NCBI GenBank assembly: GCA_044432865.1
Contig: JAWXUF010000001.1
Location: forward strand, 2,786 to 66,785
Source of the DNA: a bacterium
Lineage (GTDB): Bacteria > Bacillota_I > Bacilli_A > Acholeplasmatales > Anaeroplasmataceae
DNA: 64,000 nucleotides
Direction: 5' to 3'
In this document: one piece after another, positions 27,366-37,363 of the stretch
Position numbering within the stretch: the stretch's first letter is position 1
Layout of the letters: each line of letters begins with the position of its first letter
Notes under the pieces: model-generated
What the model was told of the DNA's origin: nothing
Seen by the model: the letters and a program-made list of their open reading frames with translations, nothing else
Database searches by the model: none
Translations under genes and position numbers: made by a program

Positions 27366-28835
27366 TTATAAAATGATTGCAATTAATCCTGATGTTTTAG
27401 TGTTAACAATTCTAGTTAATGTATCTTGAAGTTTTACTTTTGCATTTTCAGGAATCATATGGATTTTCGTTTTAATTCCATCATTAACAACTTCAGATAA
27501 TTTTCTACCGAATATTTCTTTGTCCCAAACCTCAGTAATTTCATCATTACCTTCTAATAAATTATCAATTAATAATTTAGATTGTTCTTCACTACCAATA
27601 ATTGGTTCAAACGTTGATTCAACATCTACTTTAATTAAGTGAATACTTGGAGCAACAGCTTTTAGTTTAACACCAAATCTTCCAGATTGCTTAATAACTT
27701 CTGGTTTTAGAAGTTTCATTTGTTTTACAGAAGGTAAACTTATTCCATAACCAGTTTCATTAACTGATTTTAGTGCATCACCAATTTGGGAGAAATCTTG
27801 TTTTAATGTTGAGTATTCCGATAAAATCGCAATTAAATCACCTTTTGTATCTAATGATTTCCCAATAAGTGATTCTATGATATCTTCATAATATTGATCA
27901 TCTAATGTTAATTCTATCGATGCACTTGATGTTGATGCATCTTCTAATGTAACATCAACTGTTTTAAATAATAATGTTGCTTGAAGAGCTTCTTTAATTT
28001 TTTTTATATCTTTAAATTTTTTATAATCACATGTTTGTTCTTCAATAGTTTGCATTACTCTTTTTTTAATATCATTATCTTCATTTAATACAGTTAAATA
28101 TTTTGGTAATTCCAAATCAATATTTTCAATATTAAATTCTTGTAATGCAGTATCTAAAATATAATCAATATCTGATGAATCCATATATAATACATTAACT
28201 AAGCATGCTGATACATTATATTTTTCTTCAATTTCATTTTTACAACTAATTGCTTCTTTAGAATTTGGATTTGATGTATTTATTACTACAACAAATGGTT
28301 TGTTTAATTCCTGTAATTGATTGATAACTGTTTCCTCAGCATATTTATAATCTTCTCTAGAGAAATCTGATATAGTACCATCTGATGTAAGTACAATACC
28401 AATCGTAGAATGATTTTCAATTACTTTCTTTGTTCCTATTTCTGCTGCTTCTTTGAATGAAATAGAATCTTCAAACCATGGTGTTTTCACCATTCTTGGT
28501 CCTTCATCATCGAAATGACCCAATGCATTTGGGATTACATATCCTACAGAGTCAACTAACCTAACATTCATACTAACATTATTAACATTTACTGTAATAG
28601 CATTATTTGGGATAAATTTAGGCTCTACAGTAGTAATCTTTTTACCTTGTGCTGTTTGTGGTAATTCATCTACAATTTTATTTTTTAGAAAGTCATCTGA
28701 TACATATGGCATTACTTTATTTTCAATAAATTTATTAATAAATGTTGATTTACCACTTCTAACTGCTCCAACTACACCAAGATAAAATTCTCCCTGACAT
28801 CTTTTAATTACTGCTTCTAAACTTTTTTCTTCCAT
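27366..28835 (-). CDS. spoIVA: Stage IV sporulation protein A (coat basement-layer ATPase)
   Basis: Walker A in LGVVGAVRSGKSTFIN, and a conserved SpoIVA C-terminus (... IVNTKTSGLIAIIL). A GGAGG RBS inside the track N-terminal extension favours the ATG at 28835. Confidence 0.95.
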   Translation of the reverse strand: MEEKSLEAVIKRCQGEFYLGVVGAVRSGKSTFINKFIENKVMPYVSDDFLKNKIVDELPQTAQGKKITTVEPKFIPNNAITVNVNNVSMNVRLVDSVGYVIPNALGHFDDEGPRMVKTPWFEDSISFKEAAEIGTKKVIENHSTIGIVLTSDGTISDFSREDYKYAEETVINQLQELNKPFVVVINTSNPNSKEAISCKNEIEEKYNVSACLVNVLYMDSSDIDYILDTALQEFNIENIDLELPKYLTVLNEDNDIKKRVMQTIEEQTCDYKKFKDIKKIKEALQATLLFKTVDVTLEDASTSSASIELTLDDQYYEDIIESLIGKSLDTKGDLIAILSEYSTLKQDFSQIGDALKSVNETGYGISLPSVKQMKLLKPEVIKQSGRFGVKLKAVAPSIHLIKVDVESTFEPIIGSEEQSKLLIDNLLEGNDEITEVWDKEIFGRKLSEVVNDGIKTKIHMIPENAKVKLQDTLTRIVNTKTSGLIAIIL

Positions 28836-28864
28836 GAAAAAAACCTCCATATTTTTACTACTTA

Positions 28865-28872
28865 ATAGTATG
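28865..28872 (-). promoter_or_regulatory. Sigma-E-like -10 element upstream of spoIVA (weak call)
   Basis: The minus strand reads CATACTAT 30 nt upstream of the spoIVA ATG, resembling the sigma-E -10 consensus CATACA-T. I could not place a convincing -35 element. Confidence 0.3.
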
Positions 28873-28901
28873 TTATGGAAGTTTATTTTATTACTATAAT
28901 T

Positions 28902-29480
28902 TTATAATTTTGCACCACAAGATTTACATTCTCTTTCAGATAACTCATTTGTAACGCCGCAATACTCACATGTAACAAAGCTTTTACTTAATTTTTGATA
29001 TAAATGATATTGTTGATCTGCAGTTAATGATGCTGAAACATTTTTATCTAGATTTTCTTTTTCTTCTTTTGTTAGAAGACATTTATCAATATTCCTTACC
29101 ATTCCAGATAAAAATGATGACCCAATCATAACAACTACAAATAGTATAAATGCTAAAACTGTTAATCCAATATTAAATGCAAAAACTGTTGAGTTAGAAA
29201 ATGGATCGATACTCATTATCCTAAATGGCGCTGTAAAAAATAAGATTGCGGCTAGAGCTAGCAAAATTTTTAAAAAAGTTAGCATTTTTTGACAAGATTG
29301 AACTACTTCACCTTTTATTTTTTTCATAGCATTATCTGCATTAGATTTTTGGGCATTAAAAAATCTCTCTTTTAATTCATCACTTATTAAAAATCCTGGC
29401 GCTTTTTTCATAAATGAATCACCTTGAGAAGTTAATAAATGCGGATCCATTGGGTTACCTGTTCCATTATAATTACTCAT
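28902..29480 (-). CDS. Membrane protein with C-terminal zinc-ribbon (2 predicted TM helices)
   Basis: 192 aa with a GGAGG RBS 6 nt upstream. It has two hydrophobic helices and a C-terminal CEYCGVTN-x7-CKSCGAKL. Confidence 0.6.
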   Translation of the reverse strand: MSNYNGTGNPMDPHLLTSQGDSFMKKAPGFLISDELKERFFNAQKSNADNAMKKIKGEVVQSCQKMLTFLKILLALAAILFFTAPFRIMSIDPFSNSTVFAFNIGLTVLAFILFVVVMIGSSFLSGMVRNIDKCLLTKEEKENLDKNVSASLTADQQYHLYQKLSKSFVTCEYCGVTNELSERECKSCGAKL

Positions 29481-29518
29481 ATTATACCTCCATGTTTAAA
29501 ATAGCATTTTTATCATAA

Positions 29519-29827
29519 TCATATTTTAAGATTACTTGTTATTTTCAAAATAACCTCAAAGTCATCATCATTTGCCATTATATTTTTTTTAATTTCATTA
29601 CATTTATTGCACTTGTAGATAATTTTATATGTGTCCTTATATTTTTCAATATTAACAGGTACTAAATCACCTAAACAAGGATTAGCTCTATCACCAGGAT
29701 TATTATCAATATGTATTGAATATAAACACTTTGGACAATGATCTCTTGCTGTATATCCAAGAGGAGAAACCTCATTACCACAATTTCTACATGTGAATGA
29801 AACATCAATCATTTTAAATTTTTTCAT
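29519..29827 (-). CDS. RNHCP-domain protein (Cys-rich, unknown function)
   Basis: MKKFKM ... FTCRNCGNEV ... ARDHCPKCLYSIHID..PGDR..PC ... CNKCNE matches the RNHCP domain pattern. The track extension to 29884 would run through the upstream terminator hairpin. Confidence 0.75.
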   Translation of the reverse strand: MKKFKMIDVSFTCRNCGNEVSPLGYTARDHCPKCLYSIHIDNNPGDRANPCLGDLVPVNIEKYKDTYKIIYKCNKCNEIKKNIMANDDDFEVILKITSNLKI

Positions 29828-29872
29828 TTCAAATACCTCTTCTTCACGATAGTTAATAATACCATATAATAG

Positions 29873-29898
29873 AAAAAAACTCAAGAATTCACTTGAGT
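29873..29898 (-). terminator. Terminator after spoVIF-like gene
   Basis: 7-bp stem actcaag/cttgagt (29879..29885 and 29892..29898) followed on the minus strand by TTTTTT. It splits the gpsA-to-spoVIF unit from the RNHCP gene. Confidence 0.7.
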
Positions 29899-29907
29899 TT
29901 TAGTTTT

Positions 29908-30144
29908 TTAAATCATTCCTAGTAGACTTAAATCTATTCCATCTTTTTGTATTTTTTTTACAAGCATTGTTTCTTTTTCATATGGAATATCTTTATTAGC
30001 TAATATTGAAATTTTACGAATTAATTTTCTTAAATTTTCCTCATCAGATACGTCCATTCTTTTTACTTCTTCAACAATTGATAAAATGTCTTTAGGTTCA
30101 ATATTTTTATCAGCAATAAAGTCCCAAATCTTTCCAAAATCCAT
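29908..30144 (-). CDS. spoVIF: Stage VI sporulation protein F-like (SpoVIF/YjcC family)
   Basis: 78 aa counted from the ATG at 30144, with a GGGAGG RBS 8 nt upstream. The pattern PKDILSIVEEVKRMDVSDEENLRKLIRKISILANKDIP.EKE resembles SpoVIF as I recall it. Confidence 0.7.
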   Translation of the reverse strand: MDFGKIWDFIADKNIEPKDILSIVEEVKRMDVSDEENLRKLIRKISILANKDIPYEKETMLVKKIQKDGIDLSLLGMI

Positions 30145-30192
30145 TAAAAAAACCTCCCATGTAATTATATTATACAAGGGAGGATTTTATAC

Positions 30193-30750
30193 CTATAAAG
30201 ATGCACCACAAGCATTACAATAGTTATTTGTATGTGGATTTGAAGTACCACAATAAGCACAAGTTTTATTTGTAGGGGCTTGTTGTGTTGGTTGATTATA
30301 CTGAGAAGAACCATTAAAATTAGAATTTTCAAAATTACCTGTTTGACAGTTGCTATAAGCATATGATGCTTCTCTACTCATTGCACTACCAAATAATAAA
30401 ATAAACATTCCAACTACAATTACAGCAAACAATGCACTACTCATCGATTGACTTGTAGAAGTGAAGAATACAATAATAGGCGCAACAAACATTAAAATCC
30501 CAATTACAATTAGGATATTTCCTATTGAAGAGTATTTCGAACATGTAGATTTAGCTTTCTCAGGATTAGTTGATGCTAAATTCATAATACTTCTAAAAAA
30601 TAATGCAGAAATTATAATTCTAAAAATACCTCTACTATAACTTCTTCCACTACGGTAATGTCTATTTCTTCCTGTCGAAATAGATACTCTCGGTCTATGA
30701 CTTGTATGTCTATGACCACCAGGTCTTCCATGTCTTGGTCCTCTATGCAT
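30193..30750 (-). CDS. Membrane protein with Arg/His-rich N-terminus and C-terminal zinc-ribbon
   Basis: 185 aa. The AAGGAG RBS overlaps the gpsA stop codon. The N-terminus is MHRGPRHGRPGGHRHTSHRPR ..., followed by hydrophobic segments, a Q/N-rich linker and a C-terminal CAYCGTSN-x7-CNACGASL. Confidence 0.6.
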   Translation of the reverse strand: MHRGPRHGRPGGHRHTSHRPRVSISTGRNRHYRSGRSYSRGIFRIIISALFFRSIMNLASTNPEKAKSTCSKYSSIGNILIVIGILMFVAPIIVFFTSTSQSMSSALFAVIVVGMFILLFGSAMSREASYAYSNCQTGNFENSNFNGSSQYNQPTQQAPTNKTCAYCGTSNPHTNNYCNACGASL

Positions 30751-30761
30751 AATCTTACTCC

Positions 30762-31751
30762 TTATTCACCTTTTAGTTTTCTACTTAAAACTTTAATTAA
30801 AGCTTCTTCTGGTTTTAAACCATTGAACAATACATCATAAAGTGTAGAAATTAATGGTAATTCAATATCATATTTTTCAGCTATATTCTTGATTGATTTA
30901 GTAACACGTACACCTTCAACTACCATTTTAGAATTTCCTAAAATGCTATCTAGAGATTCACCTTTACCAAGTTTTAATCCTGCTTGGAAGTTTCTACTAT
31001 TCAAAGAACTTGCTGTAACAATTAAGTCACCAATTCCTGTTAATCCGAATACTGTATCTCTTTTTCCACCTAATACATCAACTACTAATGACATTTCAAG
31101 TACACCTCTAGTAATTAAAGCAGCACGTGCATTCTCACCATGTCCAAGTCCACTTGCCATTCCACTTATTAATGCAATTGCATTCTTAACAGAACTACAT
31201 GCTTCAACACCTAAAACATCATTTGAAGTGTATACTCTAACATATTGATCATTTGAAAATAATTGTTGAACTAACAATGCATGTTTTTCGCTATTAGAAG
31301 CACTTACTAATGCAGTTATTTGTCTTAAAATAACTTCTTCAGCATGTGAAGGTCCACATAGTGTAACAAATCCATCGATTTTATCTTTTAATACTTCTTC
31401 ACAAATTTGGCTTATAGTTAAAGAAGTTTCAGGTTCAATTCCCTTTGATACATTAATAAAAGTTTTTTTACCATTTATTGAATTAGCGATATCATTTAAT
31501 ACATTACGCATAACACTTGTAGGGACACTCAATAAAATGTTATCACTAAAATCTAAAGCTTCTTGTAATGAATTTGTAGCTTTAATATCACTACTTATAT
31601 CACAATCAAAAAATGGATGTTTATTTTCTTTATTTATTAAATCAATTGTATTTTGGTTTATATCATAAACTAATATTTCATGTTTATTATCAACTAATAC
31701 TTGTCCTAGGGCAACACCCCAAGAACCTCCACCAATTATACTAACTTTCAT
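30762..31751 (-). CDS. gpsA: NAD(P)H-dependent glycerol-3-phosphate dehydrogenase
   Basis: 329 aa with the IIGGGSWG Rossmann motif, SKGIE, and a conserved C-terminal domain. Confidence 0.95.
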   Translation of the reverse strand: MKVSIIGGGSWGVALGQVLVDNKHEILVYDINQNTIDLINKENKHPFFDCDISSDIKATNSLQEALDFSDNILLSVPTSVMRNVLNDIANSINGKKTFINVSKGIEPETSLTISQICEEVLKDKIDGFVTLCGPSHAEEVILRQITALVSASNSEKHALLVQQLFSNDQYVRVYTSNDVLGVEACSSVKNAIALISGMASGLGHGENARAALITRGVLEMSLVVDVLGGKRDTVFGLTGIGDLIVTASSLNSRNFQAGLKLGKGESLDSILGNSKMVVEGVRVTKSIKNIAEKYDIELPLISTLYDVLFNGLKPEEALIKVLSRKLKGE

Positions 31752-31755
31752 ACTA

Positions 31756-33060
31756 TCAGTCTCTTTTCCTTAATAAGATTTTTATAGGAGTACCTTCAAA
31801 ATCGAAATTTTTTCTAATTTGATTTTCAAGATATCTCATGTACGAGAAATGTACATAATTTGGATCATTAACAAAAACAGTGAAAGCTGGTGGACAAACA
31901 GCAACTTGGCTACTATAGAAAAATTTAGCAACACCATGATTAAATTCAGCTGGTGGATTCATAGCAACTGCATCAATGATAACATCATTTAATACACTTG
32001 TAGAAATTCTTTTACTATAGTTCTCATAACATTTTTCAATTTCAGGAAATAATGTATGAATTCTTTTATTATAAAGAGCTGAAGTAAAAGTAATAGGAGC
32101 ATATGATAAGAATTTAAATTCTTTTCTAATATCTTCTTTTACTTTTTCCATCTCATTATGTCCTTTTTTTACTGCATCCCATTTATTTACTACAAATATA
32201 ATTGCTTTTGACTCATCAATTATATATCCTGAAGCATGTTTATCCTGTTCGATTATCCCTTGTTCTCCATCAATTACAAGTAATACAACATCACTTCTTG
32301 ATATTGCATCCATACTTCTAATAACACTATACTTTTCAGCATTTTCATAAATTTTACCACGTTTTCTAATACCAGCAGTATCAATAACAACGTATTCTTT
32401 ACCATCTTTAGTAAAGACAGTATCTATTGAATCTCTTGTAGTACCAGGTATATTAGAAACAATTACTCTTTCAGTTCCTAAAATAGAATTTGTAAGAGAA
32501 CTTTTACCAACATTTGGTCTCCCAACCAATGAAAATTTCATTGCATCAGGATATTCTTTTTCTTTTTTCTCTGGTAAGTTTTCAATAACAACATCAAGTA
32601 GATTACCTACCCCAACACCATGTATACTTGATACAGGAATTGGCTCACCGCATCCAAGAGAATAAAAATCATATAACATATCAGTAAATTTTTTATCATC
32701 TACTTTGTTAACTGCTAATACAACTTTTGTTTTAGTTTTTTGTAAAATTCTTGATATGAAAATATCATTATCTGTAACTCCAGTACGACAATCCACTACG
32801 AAAATAATAACATCTGCTTCATCAATTGCTATTTGAGCTTGAGCTCTAATTTCCTCTAAAAATGGACTATCAACTATATCAATACCACCTGTATCTATTA
32901 ATCTAAATTCTCGACTTAACCATTCACCTTTCGCGTATATGCGATCTCTGGTGACACCTGGCATATCATCCGTAATCGATAATCTTTCACCGATTATACG
33001 ATTGAATAACGTCGATTTTCCTACGTTGGGTCTCCCAACTATCGCAATACGACCTCTCAT
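31756..33060 (-). CDS. der: Ribosome-associated GTPase Der (EngA)
   Basis: Two GTPase domains (GRPNVGKST twice, DTGG/DTAG, NKVD/NKWD) plus a KH-like C-terminus. Confidence 0.95.
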   Translation of the reverse strand: MRGRIAIVGRPNVGKSTLFNRIIGERLSITDDMPGVTRDRIYAKGEWLSREFRLIDTGGIDIVDSPFLEEIRAQAQIAIDEADVIIFVVDCRTGVTDNDIFISRILQKTKTKVVLAVNKVDDKKFTDMLYDFYSLGCGEPIPVSSIHGVGVGNLLDVVIENLPEKKEKEYPDAMKFSLVGRPNVGKSSLTNSILGTERVIVSNIPGTTRDSIDTVFTKDGKEYVVIDTAGIRKRGKIYENAEKYSVIRSMDAISRSDVVLLVIDGEQGIIEQDKHASGYIIDESKAIIFVVNKWDAVKKGHNEMEKVKEDIRKEFKFLSYAPITFTSALYNKRIHTLFPEIEKCYENYSKRISTSVLNDVIIDAVAMNPPAEFNHGVAKFFYSSQVAVCPPAFTVFVNDPNYVHFSYMRYLENQIRKNFDFEGTPIKILLRKRD

Positions 33061-33077
33061 AAATGTTTACTCCTTTT

Positions 33078-34478
33078 TTATTTTAATATATCTTTGAATA
33101 AGTCACCTAAAGAAATTGGCGTTTCCACTTCTTCTTGTGTAGCCATAAACTCTTCAAATTGTGCTCTTTCAGTTGCTTCTGCATGTTTTTTAACACTTAA
33201 TTTAAGTTGCCATCTTCTTGGATTAATTTCTAAAACTACTGCTTGAAATTCATCTCCAACTTGATATGCATCTTCAATTTTATTTTGTTTTTCACCTAAA
33301 ACTAATTCATTTTTAGGAATATAACCATCAACACCTAGTGCATCAACAACAACTCCAGTAGTTTGAATTTCATTAACTTTAACATCAATTAAATCGCCAA
33401 CTTTAGCCGTTATTCTACCCCAAGGGTTATCTATTAATACTTTTTTTGATAAACCAATTCTTTCGTTTTGAACATCCATTGTAATGATTGCTGATTCAAT
33501 AGAATCTCCTACTTTTACAAAATCCATTGAGTTATCATTTGGATTCCATGAGAATTCATTCTTGTGTAATAATGCTGTAATATTTTTATCAAGTTCAACA
33601 ATCAGTCCAATCGGTAATTTTTGAATTACCTTACCAGTAACTACATCACTAACTTTATTATTTGCTGCAAATAATTTATGTGGAGTTTCTAATAAAACTT
33701 TTCTTGATAAATCAAGTTTACCATCTTCTTTTTTAATTATTTGTACAGTAATCTCTTGATTTAATTTTAAAACTGATTCGACTTTATTAATTCTTTCATG
33801 TGAAATTTGAGAAACTCTCAATAATCCAGTATTGTATTTAAATCTAACTAATGCACCATATGATTCGATTTTAATAATTGTACCTGTTACTTCTTCACCA
33901 ACACGCATTTCATTATATTCTTTTTCTTTATTTTCATTTAGTTTTTCTAATAATAATACTCTACTTGAAGCTACATAACTTCTTTCTTTTTTATCAATTA
34001 ATAAAACATCAATTTTTTCTCCAACATAATTTTTTTCAGAATCATATTGAATGTCAATTTGACCTTCTGGAATGAATATTTCAGTTCCTAAATATTTTGA
34101 AGTGAATCCTCTATTAACTTGTCTTTCAACAGTTAAAGATATAACTTCTTTATTATCAAACACTTTATCTAACACTTTATCATTTTCTAATTTTAATATC
34201 GGTAGTTTTGATAAAGATATTGATACTTCATCACTATTCTTTTTAACTTCCATTACAACACATGTTATCTCTTGACCAACTTTAACTTCCCCAATAAAGC
34301 TAGTAATTGATTTATCATACGAATATTCGCTTAATAATAATTCACCTTCTGTGATTGTGTTTAAATCAATAGAAAGTCTATCTTGTTTTACTTCAACAAT
34401 AATACCAGTAACAGTTTCATTTCTTCTCGGTATACTAATTGACTCATTTAATGCTTCTTCCATAAAATTATTGTTCAT
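33078..34478 (-). CDS. rpsA: 30S ribosomal protein S1 (multi-S1-domain protein)
   Basis: 466 aa with at least four S1 OB-fold repeats (G..V.G.V ... G.L ... S). It lies between cmk and der, like B. subtilis ypfD. Confidence 0.85.
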   Translation of the reverse strand: MNNNFMEEALNESISIPRRNETVTGIIVEVKQDRLSIDLNTITEGELLLSEYSYDKSITSFIGEVKVGQEITCVVMEVKKNSDEVSISLSKLPILKLENDKVLDKVFDNKEVISLTVERQVNRGFTSKYLGTEIFIPEGQIDIQYDSEKNYVGEKIDVLLIDKKERSYVASSRVLLLEKLNENKEKEYNEMRVGEEVTGTIIKIESYGALVRFKYNTGLLRVSQISHERINKVESVLKLNQEITVQIIKKEDGKLDLSRKVLLETPHKLFAANNKVSDVVTGKVIQKLPIGLIVELDKNITALLHKNEFSWNPNDNSMDFVKVGDSIESAIITMDVQNERIGLSKKVLIDNPWGRITAKVGDLIDVKVNEIQTTGVVVDALGVDGYIPKNELVLGEKQNKIEDAYQVGDEFQAVVLEINPRRWQLKLSVKKHAEATERAQFEEFMATQEEVETPISLGDLFKDILK

Positions 34479-34480
34479 AA

Positions 34481-35122
34481 TTAATCCCTCTTTTTAACTA
34501 AATTTATAATTTCTTCTACTACTTGATCAATCGTTAAAGATGTAGTATCTAATAATATAGCATCATCAGCTTGTTTTAAAGGAGAAATTTCTCTAGTAGA
34601 ATCTTTATGATCTCTAACTTTTATATCATTAAGGATTTCTTCATAAGTTGCATTTTCTTCTTCTAACATTCTTCTTTTAGCACGTTCTTCAACAGATGCT
34701 GTTAAAAAAACTTTAACATCTGCATTAGGTAATACAACATATCCGATATCTCTACCATCCATAACAACACAACCTTTACTTGCTGTGTATTTTTGTAAAT
34801 CAACCATTGCATCCCTAACAACTTTTAATCTTGATACTGCTGACACATTTGCTGTAACTTCAGTTTTTCTAATTTCTTTTGATACATCAACACCATTTAA
34901 TAAAATTAAATTATTTGAGTATTCAACTTTAATATTTGCTAAAAAACCATACTCTTCTTCATTATCAACATCAATATTTCTATTTAATGCTTCTAATGTA
35001 ACAGCTCTATACATAGCTCCTGTATCAATGTGACTAAACTCTAATTTTTTTGCTACTATTTTACTAATTGTAGATTTTCCGCTTCCTGCTGGTCCATCAA
35101 TTGCTACTTGAAAATTTTTCAT
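34481..35122 (-). CDS. cmk: Cytidylate kinase
   Basis: 213 aa with IDGPAGSGKST, DTGAMYRA and DGRDIG motifs. Confidence 0.95.
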   Translation of the reverse strand: MKNFQVAIDGPAGSGKSTISKIVAKKLEFSHIDTGAMYRAVTLEALNRNIDVDNEEEYGFLANIKVEYSNNLILLNGVDVSKEIRKTEVTANVSAVSRLKVVRDAMVDLQKYTASKGCVVMDGRDIGYVVLPNADVKVFLTASVEERAKRRMLEEENATYEEILNDIKVRDHKDSTREISPLKQADDAILLDTTSLTIDQVVEEIINLVKKRD

Positions 35123-35139
35123 ATTTACACCTACTTCTT

Positions 35140-35868
35140 TTATAAACTATATAATTGTTTTACTTCATGTGGTTTTAAACTTCTATACTCACCTTGTGCT
35201 AAATCAACAATCGAAATTGTACCAAATCTAACACGAGTTAATTTTTTAACAGGATGTCCAACTTTTTCGCACATTTTTCTTACTTGATGATTTTTACCTT
35301 CAGTAATAATGATTTTAACTAATGAAGAATTATTCTTTTTATCAGTACTAATAATTTCAACAATTGAAGGTTTTGTTTTGTATCCATCAATCTCTACACC
35401 TTTCATTAGTGCAGACAATTCTCTCATACCAAATAACCCTTCAACTCTAGCTCTATATTCTTTTTCAATATCTGATTTTGGACTAATTAATTTATTAGCT
35501 AATTCACCATCATTTGTTAACAAAAGTAATCCTTGCGTATCATAATCTAATCTACCAATCGGATAAATTCTATTAACTAAATCCGCTTTATGAAATAAAT
35601 CTAATACTGTTTTACGATCAAATTCATCATTTGTTGTAGTAACAAAACCTAATGGTTTATTTAAGGCAAAATATACTGGTTCTTCTTTATATATTGAAGA
35701 TCCATTTACAAGCACCTTATCATTTCTTGTAACTTTTGTACCTAACTCTTTTACAACTTTACCATTTACAGTAACAACACCTTTTAGAATCATCTCTTCA
35801 CTTTTTCTTCTAGACGCAACACCACACTTAGCCATAAAAGCTTGTAATCTTATCTCTTCTAAACTCAT
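35140..35868 (-). CDS. rluB: 23S rRNA pseudouridine synthase (RluB/RsuA family)
   Basis: S4 domain (RLQAFMAKCGVASRR) plus the catalytic GRLDYDTQGLLLLTNDG motif. Confidence 0.9.
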   Translation of the reverse strand: MSLEEIRLQAFMAKCGVASRRKSEEMILKGVVTVNGKVVKELGTKVTRNDKVLVNGSSIYKEEPVYFALNKPLGFVTTTNDEFDRKTVLDLFHKADLVNRIYPIGRLDYDTQGLLLLTNDGELANKLISPKSDIEKEYRARVEGLFGMRELSALMKGVEIDGYKTKPSIVEIISTDKKNNSSLVKIIITEGKNHQVRKMCEKVGHPVKKLTRVRFGTISIVDLAQGEYRSLKPHEVKQLYSL

Positions 35869-35936
35869 AATTTACTCAACCTCCTTCGTCGTAACTATAT
35901 CCTACTTATTATACATTAAAAAACATATTCTTTCAA

Positions 35937-36227
35937 TCAAAATAAAGTTAACGTTAATAATAACGCTATTGCAAATAATACAATGTAAACTGCTTTTCTG
36001 TGTCTACTAAAAAATTGAAATAAAACTGTATCGTTTATTTTGTTATCAATTTTCTCGAATTTCCCTTTTTCTTCTAATTTTTCCAAAGTCATCCATGATA
36101 AACCACATAAAAATGCACCTAAAATCAATCCATAGATTGAATCTATAACTAGAAAACATACAGACATTACAACAATCAATGCAATTAATTCAAGCACAGA
36201 ACAAATAAAACTTTTTCCTTTTTTCAT
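35937..36227 (-). CDS. Small membrane protein (3 predicted TM helices), unknown function
   Basis: 96 aa and hydrophobic. It has its own position between terminator-like hairpins. I recognise no motif. Confidence 0.5.
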   Translation of the reverse strand: MKKGKSFICSVLELIALIVVMSVCFLVIDSIYGLILGAFLCGLSWMTLEKLEEKGKFEKIDNKINDTVLFQFFSRHRKAVYIVLFAIALLLTLTLF

Positions 36228-36249
36228 ATTTCTTCATCCTTTATTTAAA

Positions 36250-36275
36250 GTAAAAAAAGAAGTTTCCTTCTTTCA
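36250..36275 (-). terminator. Candidate terminator downstream of spmB
   Basis: 7-bp stem aaagaag/cttcttt (36256..36262 and 36267..36273) with a T-run on the minus strand. The stem is AT-rich, hence the moderate confidence. Confidence 0.5.
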
Positions 36276-36326
36276 TACAAAATTATTTATTTAGGGTAAA
36301 TATAATATTATTTTTGTATATTAATA

Positions 36327-36824
36327 TTATAACATATTAGTATACAAAAATAAACATATGATAAATGTAAATATATTTAATAATATTCCAATGCAAATAC
36401 TTAGTTTCGCACTATTAATACAACAAATTGATGTATATAATGTAGCGACATATAATGCTGTGTCATTTGAGGAATGTAAAATTGATGCTACAATACCTTC
36501 TTTTGAATCAACACCATACGTCTCAAAAATATTATATAGCATTGCAAAAGATGCATTTCCAGATATCGGCTTAAATATCCCTTGAATATACAATTCAGAA
36601 AATTGAACTTTTAATAAATCAAATATGTCAGACAATAAATTTGAATTATCTAATAATGTAGTAGCAAATACCATAGAAATAAAATAAGGGAATAATTCTA
36701 ATGATGCCTTTAACCCCTTATTTATTCCAACAAGAAAATTATTATATACTTCTTTTGGTTTAGCTAACGCAAACATAAACACAATTAATATAAAACAAGG
36801 AATTAAATAATTTAAGTAAAACAT
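36327..36824 (-). CDS. spmB: Spore maturation protein B
   Basis: 165-aa polytopic nucleoside-recognition-type membrane protein. It overlaps spmA and completes the dacB-spmA-spmB order known from B. subtilis. Confidence 0.8.
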   Translation of the reverse strand: MFYLNYLIPCFILIVFMFALAKPKEVYNNFLVGINKGLKASLELFPYFISMVFATTLLDNSNLLSDIFDLLKVQFSELYIQGIFKPISGNASFAMLYNIFETYGVDSKEGIVASILHSSNDTALYVATLYTSICCINSAKLSICIGILLNIFTFIICLFLYTNML

Positions 36825-37363
36825 CTACATACCCTCACTAACACAAACCCAATTATAGTATTACAAAGTGCTATTAATATTACATATGGAATTAATTGTA
36901 CTGTAAAAACAGAATTAAATGAATTCCTAAGTGTTAGCATACTTATAGGTATTAAACTCATACCAATGAAATTCCCAACAAGTACTAAATCAATATCGTA
37001 TTTTGAATTTTCTTTTTTTAATTTAGAAACAGCTTCTAAGCCAAATGGGGTTGCCATTGTTGTCAATCCAATGAAATTACAAATAAAATTAGCACTTATT
37101 AAAGAAAGAGTTTCTTCATCACTCGTTTCAAATATTCGCTTTGTTATGACATTTATTTTTTTAGTGCAAAATTTTAAGAATCCTGTTTGTTTTGCAACTT
37201 CAAGAATCCCACTCCATAAAACTAATCCGCAAGCTATACTAAAAAAAGTATCTAATGAATTATAACTTACATTTAAAATAACTTCATTAACTCCAACAAC
37301 ATTTGTTATTAATCCGTATAACATACTGAATATTATTATAAACAACCATATAACACTTAACAT
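36812..37363 (-). CDS. spmA: Spore maturation protein A
   Basis: 183 aa. Its N-terminus and the ... ANF..NF.GL...ATP.G..A..K.K segment parallel B. subtilis SpmA as I recall it. Confidence 0.8.
   Translation of the reverse strand: MLSVIWLFIIIFSMLYGLITNVVGVNEVILNVSYNSLDTFFSIACGLVLWSGILEVAKQTGFLKFCTKKINVITKRIFETSDEETLSLISANFICNFIGLTTMATPFGLEAVSKLKKENSKYDIDLVLVGNFIGMSLIPISMLTLRNSFNSVFTVQLIPYVILIALCNTIIGFVLVRVCRCFT

Noticed and set aside
30165-30362. A 65-aa minus-strand ORF overlapping the 3' part of the Arg-rich zinc-ribbon gene.
   Set aside because: It is out of frame within 30193..30750, which has an AAGGAG RBS, TM helices and a zinc-ribbon. It has no RBS of its own, and its hydrophobic low-complexity product is typical of an alternative frame.
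36311-36350. A 10-bp inverted repeat tttttgtata ... tatacaaaaa spanning the spmB stop codon.
   Set aside because: It has a 20-nt loop, an all-A/T stem and no following T-run on the coding strand. A better terminator candidate lies at 36250..36275.
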